Assembly: GCA_001642005.1 (NCBI GenBank)
Contig: LWCA01000286.1
Span: 1 to 33,716 of the forward strand
Direction of reading: 5' to 3'
DNA length: 33,716 nt
Origin: Intoshia linei
Lineage: Eukaryota; Animalia; Orthonectida
In this document: positions 22,282-33,716 of the stretch, piece after piece
Layout: each line of letters starts with the position of its first letter
Position numbering within the stretch: position 1 is the stretch's first letter
Notes under the pieces: generated by a model
Seen by the model: the letters and a program-made list of their open reading frames with translations, nothing else
Databases searched by the model: none
Told to the model about the DNA's origin: nothing
Made by a program: the position numbers and the translations under genes

Positions 22282-22679
22282 CAGAGAAAATAAATGGCAG
22301 GAAAGGTTTGTTATTTGTGTAGAAGGAGAAAATAATTTTTCCATGTTCATAGCATTAAAAGCATTGTCAGATGGGAGAGAAATTACAATGCATTATAGTG
22401 TAATGGAGACAATTCACTTTTATGAAATACAAAATAAAATAAAAATGATAATTACTGATACGACGAGTTCAAATACCGGAAAAAATAATGAAGCTGTAAC
22501 AATGATAATAAATTCTTTAAATAAAATACTTGTGTATGAAGGATGTCGCTTTCATCACCGATAAATAAACATAACAATAAATATTAACCGATTTCATTTC
22601 TTTTTGGTAATGTTGTTTAAAAATAAAAAATGAACATACAGACAAAATAGCTTTTCTGATAAAAAAAAGTGGACACCCT
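22282..22679 (+). mobile_element. Second, internally deleted copy of the long-TIR transposon (after the assembly gap)
   Basis: 22282-22554 is a diverged duplicate of 21139-21412 (AAA where the first copy has a TAA stop). It then jumps to the right TIR, ending GTGGACACCCT at 22679, followed by AAT. Confidence 0.8.
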
Positions 22680-22680
22680 A

Positions 22681-22983
22681 ATGCTGATAAGGATTTTAAA
22701 ATCATAAACATTATCATAAATTTAAATTTAAAAAAATTATATTGTTCTGGGCCAAAATCACAAATTACCCTTTTTTTTATGAAAACAGCCCTAGAATTTA
22801 AAAAAATTTACAGGTGGTACAGTTTTATCCTGTTAATACACACAAAAAATGTGAAATAATTAACGGTCCGAAAATTAAAAAAAATGATTATTCTTATAGA
22901 GCTTATTCCAGTTGATATAAATACAAAATTTCAATCCCAGAAATCTACGCATTCATGATGAAAAATAATATTTAATATATTAT
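22681..22983 (+). mobile_element. Helitron internal fragment
   Basis: GCTGATAAGGATTTTAAAATCATAAACATTATC...AACGGTCCGAAAATT...CCCAGAAATCTACGCATTC matches the family body. Confidence 0.8.
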
Positions 22984-23317
22984 GTATAAAATTTTGTTTA
23001 TCGACACCATTTTATTTATGTAATAAAATTATACTTTGTGTCAGTAAACGTTGTGGTTTTCGCTAAAAATAATTGATATTATTCTATTTTTTATTTGAAA
23101 TAATATACATGTTAAATTTATTCACGTTAAGCATTGTCAATCATATTTTTAGCTAAGATTGATTAATAATCATTAATTATAAATTAACTTTTATTGTACA
23201 TATATTTTTGTGAATTATTGATCAATATTAATTTTTACGTAAAGTGATGTATAAGTGAAATTCATTAAAATTTATTAAATTTTAGTTACAATTACAAGCA
23301 CACATATGCAGAATAAA

Positions 23318-25962
23318 TTAGTAATGTTTTGGATATGATTGGTTAGAAGTATAGTTAGTAGCATTACCACCTATTCGTGTTATTGAGGTATTTGGCTTTG
23401 AATCGCACCCTACGGTCAATTTGACCAAAAAATATAATGCGTAGAATGTATTTAAAACGGAAAGGAATATGGCAAAAGACATGGCTGTCATTTGTACAAC
23501 GTTGATAATTAAATCTCCAGATAAAACCGTCCCGCTATCCATTTGTAAATCTAAAATGTTTAGTTAGCAACAATTTCAATTTTGAGAAAAATCAATTATT
23601 CACATGAAATACACAATGACCTAGTTGTGCAATTCTCAACATTCTCCATGTGGATACCAAGGCCAACAAAACTATTTACGTTTAATAACGGCGTTTTCAA
23701 AATTGTAAAATTATTTCATTATTCTCAAACATAAAGGAAAATAAAGTTATTCAGATTTAGTTGGTCCGGAATATATCAGTTTCACAACCCATGCGTCCCC
23801 CAAAATCAAAATTTAAATGCGCACAGCGAAAAAGTACATTTATCTGTATTTTATATCCATTTAAGTTAATGTACGGTAGGTGCCTAACAAAAAATTAAAG
23901 GGTTCAAAGCGTGAAAAATATCGATAATTGCTGTTAAAGTTATAGGGTTATACTGATTCAGTTTAATTTTTTTTTTTTAAATTTATATACATGCAATTCT
24001 GAAAATGTTGATATCTCACCATAAATTTCAGATAAATAACAATAAATTAAAAAAATAACAGAACGAACCACTATTCTTATTAGAATTAGTATTATTGTTA
24101 TCAAGACTTATAAAATCTAAACCACCAATCAATAAACCTTTTTTATGAAACTTAGTCAAGCAATTAATCAAAAAGCTCATCAATCTCGTATCATTGCTTC
24201 ATTAATTTATTTTTTACAAATCAATAAATTTTTTTCTAATTTGTTTATTAAAACAGTAGTTTTTTCGGATATTATAGCTGGGCCTTTTATACTATTTGGA
24301 ATTTACAAAAACCTGATATTACATAATTTTAGCATGATCCATGAGTCCCCATAAAGTATGATTATGGAAATTGACAGCAAACTAATATTGCATCGATTAA
24401 TAATTTTAGAAACAATTCCAAAAACCTGAAAAATAAATTATTGAGCAAAAGGATGTTATAATTTAATTGAATCATATTTAATCAATGCAATTTCAATTAT
24501 ACTACTCTCAACATTTTACATTTAGTTAACTGTTAAATATATACGTTAGTCAATTTGAGATTACAATTTAGACTGTTACTAATACATTAATGGGGGAATT
24601 TCGAAATATCATAAATTATGATTCATAATGAAGTACGTGTGTGAAAATGTGTTAAAAAATATTGACATAATCAAAAACTGTATATAATAAATCAATGTCC
24701 AATATACATATGAAATATACTATAATACTATTATATTAGTAGCTAATAAATTGCATTTACCCAATTGAAATTTTCTAAATGCTGTAACTTCAGAAATGAG
24801 AGCAGTAGTAATAAACCCGATAGTAACACTTGAAGAAACAAAGGATAAAATTTCAAATAGAATGGAATAAATATTTGTAGAAGGTTTATCTCTTCGCATC
24901 ATAGCACCAATCGTAAATAAACCAGCAACAACTCCCTAAAAATAATGTATAAAATTTTCAAAGATACAAATAAAATTACGATAGCACCAGTCCAAATTGG
25001 GCACCATAAATCTGTCCAATATGAAACTGAATCCATAAAAACAGTGATTGAACCAACCAAAATAAGAATATGGGCAATAATAATTTGCCCATAAGGGTTT
25101 ACATTTGGCAAATTGAAAGGAATTAGCTAAAAAAACAATGATTATAAAAACAAATACTATATTATATATATTTATAACAATGAAAATACTCACCCGTCCC
25201 GTAAAATGCCAATGAATGATCCAATGACGATGGAAAACCAAAATAACGGAAACGAGGCTGACAAAAGTCAAGATGAAGATTGGAACGATAGCAACATTGC
25301 TAAATAAACATATTTTTGCCCTAATGGGCTGGCTAATAACGATATGAGTTTGGCTAAAAATAAAATGACGTCAAAATATATTTTAATTTTAATTACTTTG
25401 AAGCAACTTCCATAAAATACAATACGTACTGATCATACCCGTGTTCGTTAAATACACCAATTGTAGGTTGTATTATATAAAATGTAATCATAAACGCAAC
25501 CATTAAAGCAACGTACGTAACTGCGCAGAGACGAATATAACACCATGTCTAATATCAGAAAATAAAATCAAATAACATTTTTAGTTTACTGTAAATTTTT
25601 GACGATAATCTCCTCTATGCGCAAATCCAACAATGCTAGTAATGAACAACTAAAAACCATAAATTAGATAAATAAACAAATTTTAATTACCAAACCAGAA
25701 ATCCAAAAGTAGCAATAATAATTAAAGTTACATTTCAGGATAAAGTGGAGAATAGCAGCAACTAAAATAAAAAATTAATATTAAAAAAATAGACAGCCAT
25801 AACATTACCCATAATAAGCACAGAAGTTAGTAAAAAAATAATTTGTTGAGGTTTACTACAGCAAGTGGAACAGCAATTATTTTTAATCAATTCCGAGTCG
25901 ATACTCACAGAATCGTCATTATTCTTAATGGTTTGCCGCCAGGCTGGTATACGACTGTTCAT
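23318..25962 (-). CDS. Multi-pass membrane protein with two tandem MS4A/CD20-like 4-TM modules, ~372-383 aa
   Basis: 8 phase-consistent exons: 25962-25809, 25761-25691, 25649-25590, 25548-25430 (alternative donor 25397), 25353-25194, 25126-24980, 24935-24761, 23550-23318. Eight hydrophobic segments. MS4A-like TM2 signature CPIWTGAI|GVVAGLF in module 2 and CYFWISGL|LFITSIV in module 1. Confidence 0.72.
24200..24430 (-). mobile_element. Possible Tigger/pogo CENP-B-type HTH relic in an intron
   Basis: Minus-strand IRFL*IPNSIKGPAIISEKTTVLINKL resembles the R..xP.SGP.I.EKA..L pattern of pogo-family transposases. Confidence 0.35.
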
Positions 25963-26493
25963 AACTAATTTTTGAAATTAAATAATTTAATTTTTAAATC
26001 GTAATAAAATTAATCCAATTTAAACAACAAGCTATTTTGCATTATTTTGATACAACGTTTACAAAATGTTAAAGTTACTCATTTAAAGCTGATTGTCGTC
26101 GATTCAGTTAGTTCCGTGATCAATATATTGTTTGTAGCATATTTAGATTTGCAATTTCAATCCACATTTTAACACAATCGAAATTTACAAGTTATAATTA
26201 AGTTGAGCCTAGAAATGAAGGCGGTTATTTACATAGTGCTTAGTTTCCGCTCACAATTATCTATTCAATAGTCTCCTAGGCTAATTGACCTTGTAAAATT
26301 ATATTTTTGCCTGTCCACTGATAACTATTGACATTTTGTATATTTGAGAACATGTCACTGTTTACATTAAATTACATCAATTTTCTACATTTAGTCAACC
26401 GAGTACAATAGAGACAAGACAATTCTTGAGAAATAAGAGATAATCAAAATTTAACAAATATTTAGGTTTATTGAATCATTAGTACAATTATTT

Positions 26494-31880
<5,387 letters not shown>

Positions 31881-32120
31881 CTAATAAATAAAAATAATAG
31901 ATGCGTTTACATCAATCATTCTCAACGTGTCCATATGGACCCCTGGAGTCCACAGCAGTTTTTTGGGGTCCATGAAAATTTTTATATAAGTAAAGAATTG
32001 AATGTTAGTGTGTTTTACGGTATATTTAAAAAATTAAAATATCCATCAACATTTATTCGGATTGCTATTTATGATAATGCTTATGATTTTATTTATTATT
32101 ATTAGTTATTACAGAATTTA

Positions 32121-33716
32121 TCCTAACTTAATAATATACTATGCGATTTTTGTTTGTCTGTTTGTCTGTCTGTTATGCTTTATTTAAATAACTACCCGTC
32201 TTAGAATTTTTTAAAAACAACATTTTAATTACAGTTTTTTTCGAGACGTATATTAAAATATATTTCAACCTCCCAATTTCACATCTTACGAGTCAAAAAC
32301 CCCAGTTATCCCTCTTTTTGAAAATCAAACAAGTTAAAGAATTTAAAACAATATATACGCTGATGCGGATTTTAAAATCATAAACATTATCATAAATTTA
32401 AAAAATAAAAAAATTATATCTTCAGGGCCAAAACTCCAAATTCCCTTTCCTTTTATTTTTGAAAACAGCCCTCGAATTTCAAAAAATTTACAGGTGGTAC
32501 AGTTGTATCCTGTTAACACACATAATTAATTTCAATCCGAATAAGTGACGATTTCACGGTCAAAAAAGCATTTTAGTATTCATATATTTTTTTCCGAAAT
32601 ATTTTATTAAAACAAAAAATGTGAAATAATTAACGGTCCGAAAATTAAAAAATAAAGATTATTCTGATAGAGCTTATTCCAGTTGATAATTAAAATATCA
32701 ACCCCAGAAATCTATCTAATTTTTAATATATTATTAATCAATATTTTTAAAATATTTCGATTAAAATCAAAAATTGAAAATGTAAATATTGATCCTACAA
32801 TTTAAAATAAAGTGTCTTGTACGTCTATACCAGTGGTTCTCAACCCGTGTTCCGTGAAATATAAATGCGACATTTTTCAATTTAAAGTTTTTCTAAATTA
32901 CTGTTGTATGCAATGAAACAACATCATTTCCAAATTTAAATTAAATAAGTTTTAATAAAAGTATTATACGATGTGAGTATGGGAACCTAAAAAATGATTT
33001 TAAAAAGTAATAATAATTCAAATTATCTTTATGAGAGATATTGTAAAGAAGGTGGGTTTTTACTGACCCAACTCTCTTGAAATAAATTAAATAAGTTACT
33101 TATCTCTTTATAATAATATTTAACTAAAAATTTATCTTTCACGGGGCTGGATGCTTCTTCGTTGTGTGAGGGAGGCAACTCGTTTTACCGGCTAAATTCC
33201 GTGTGTTATTAATTTTTTTATATATGCGAAATGCAAAAAAAAAATTTTGATCATGCTTTTAAATGCGGCGATTTTTTGAAATTTCATAAGGGTTCCGCGC
33301 AGTAAAAAAAATTGAGCAACACTGGTCTACACATTTCCAATAAAGACATATGGGTGAAAATCTATATAATTCATTCCTTCGAAATTTTTTTCATTGCTAC
33401 GCAATTTTTAAATTTCAAATTTTTATTTTCCAAACATTTTTAACACATCTAAATTAAACTACGACTACGGTAACAAATTTATAAAAGTTTTGATACTAAC
33501 TTAATTTAACTTAAAACATGTTATTGTTTTACTCATTGTTTGAAAATGCCAAAAAGAAAAGTAACATTCACAAGAAAAAAGGCCAAAAGTAGACACATTT
33601 TTAACATTAATCATTTTTATATTACAATTATTTGCAATAATGGTAAAATTCGACTGAAATAATTATAAAGTGAAGATTCAATTAATTATTGATACACAAT
33701 TGGTATTTTTAAGTAT
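32121..33716 (+). mobile_element. Non-autonomous Helitron with intact 5' end (3' end just beyond the window), in a GFAT intron
   Basis: A|TCCTAACTTAATAATATACTATGCGATTTTTGTTTGTCTGTTTGTCTGTCTG. Colinear with 837-2000 apart from the nested MITE. Confidence 0.85.
32831..33324. mobile_element. hAT (Buster/Charlie-type) MITE nested in the Helitron, 494 bp
   Basis: TIRs CAGTGGTTCTCAA / TTGAGCAACACTG (11/13). 8-bp TSD GTCTATAC / GTCTACAC with central TA. The empty site GTCTACAC occurs once in the homologous Helitron copy at ~1599-1606. Confidence 0.92.

Overview
AT-rich eukaryotic (metazoan-type) genomic DNA with very short GT-AG introns (mostly 29-51 nt) and many DNA-transposon insertions. This architecture is reminiscent of a compact parasite genome such as the orthonectid Intoshia, but that is a guess. 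The six-frame ORF track shows only exon fragments. Splicing by hand gives five intact genes: (1) an 11-exon, ~424-aa lysosomal/prostatic acid-phosphatase-like type I membrane protein (- strand, 5187-12135) whose catalytic residues are largely replaced; (2) IWS1 (+, 15189-18411); (3) a CaMKK-family kinase with HGD/DFS motifs (-, 18439-20122), tail-to-tail with IWS1 and only 27 bp away; (4) an 8-TM protein built from two tandem MS4A/CD20-like modules (-, 23318-25962); (5) the 3' part of GFAT/GFPT (-, 26494-31880, continuing beyond the window). A decayed tandem paralog of the acid-phosphatase-like gene, also catalytically altered, occupies ~1-3830 (-). Mobile elements: a multi-copy non-autonomous Helitron family (A|TC...CTAG|T), two sibling hAT elements with perfect 8-bp TSDs, a Buster-type hAT MITE nested in a Helitron, a Tigger-type MITE, Tigger/pogo transposase relics, and a long-TIR DDE transposon pseudogene next to a 1-base assembly gap. 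No rRNA, tRNA or CRISPR array was found.
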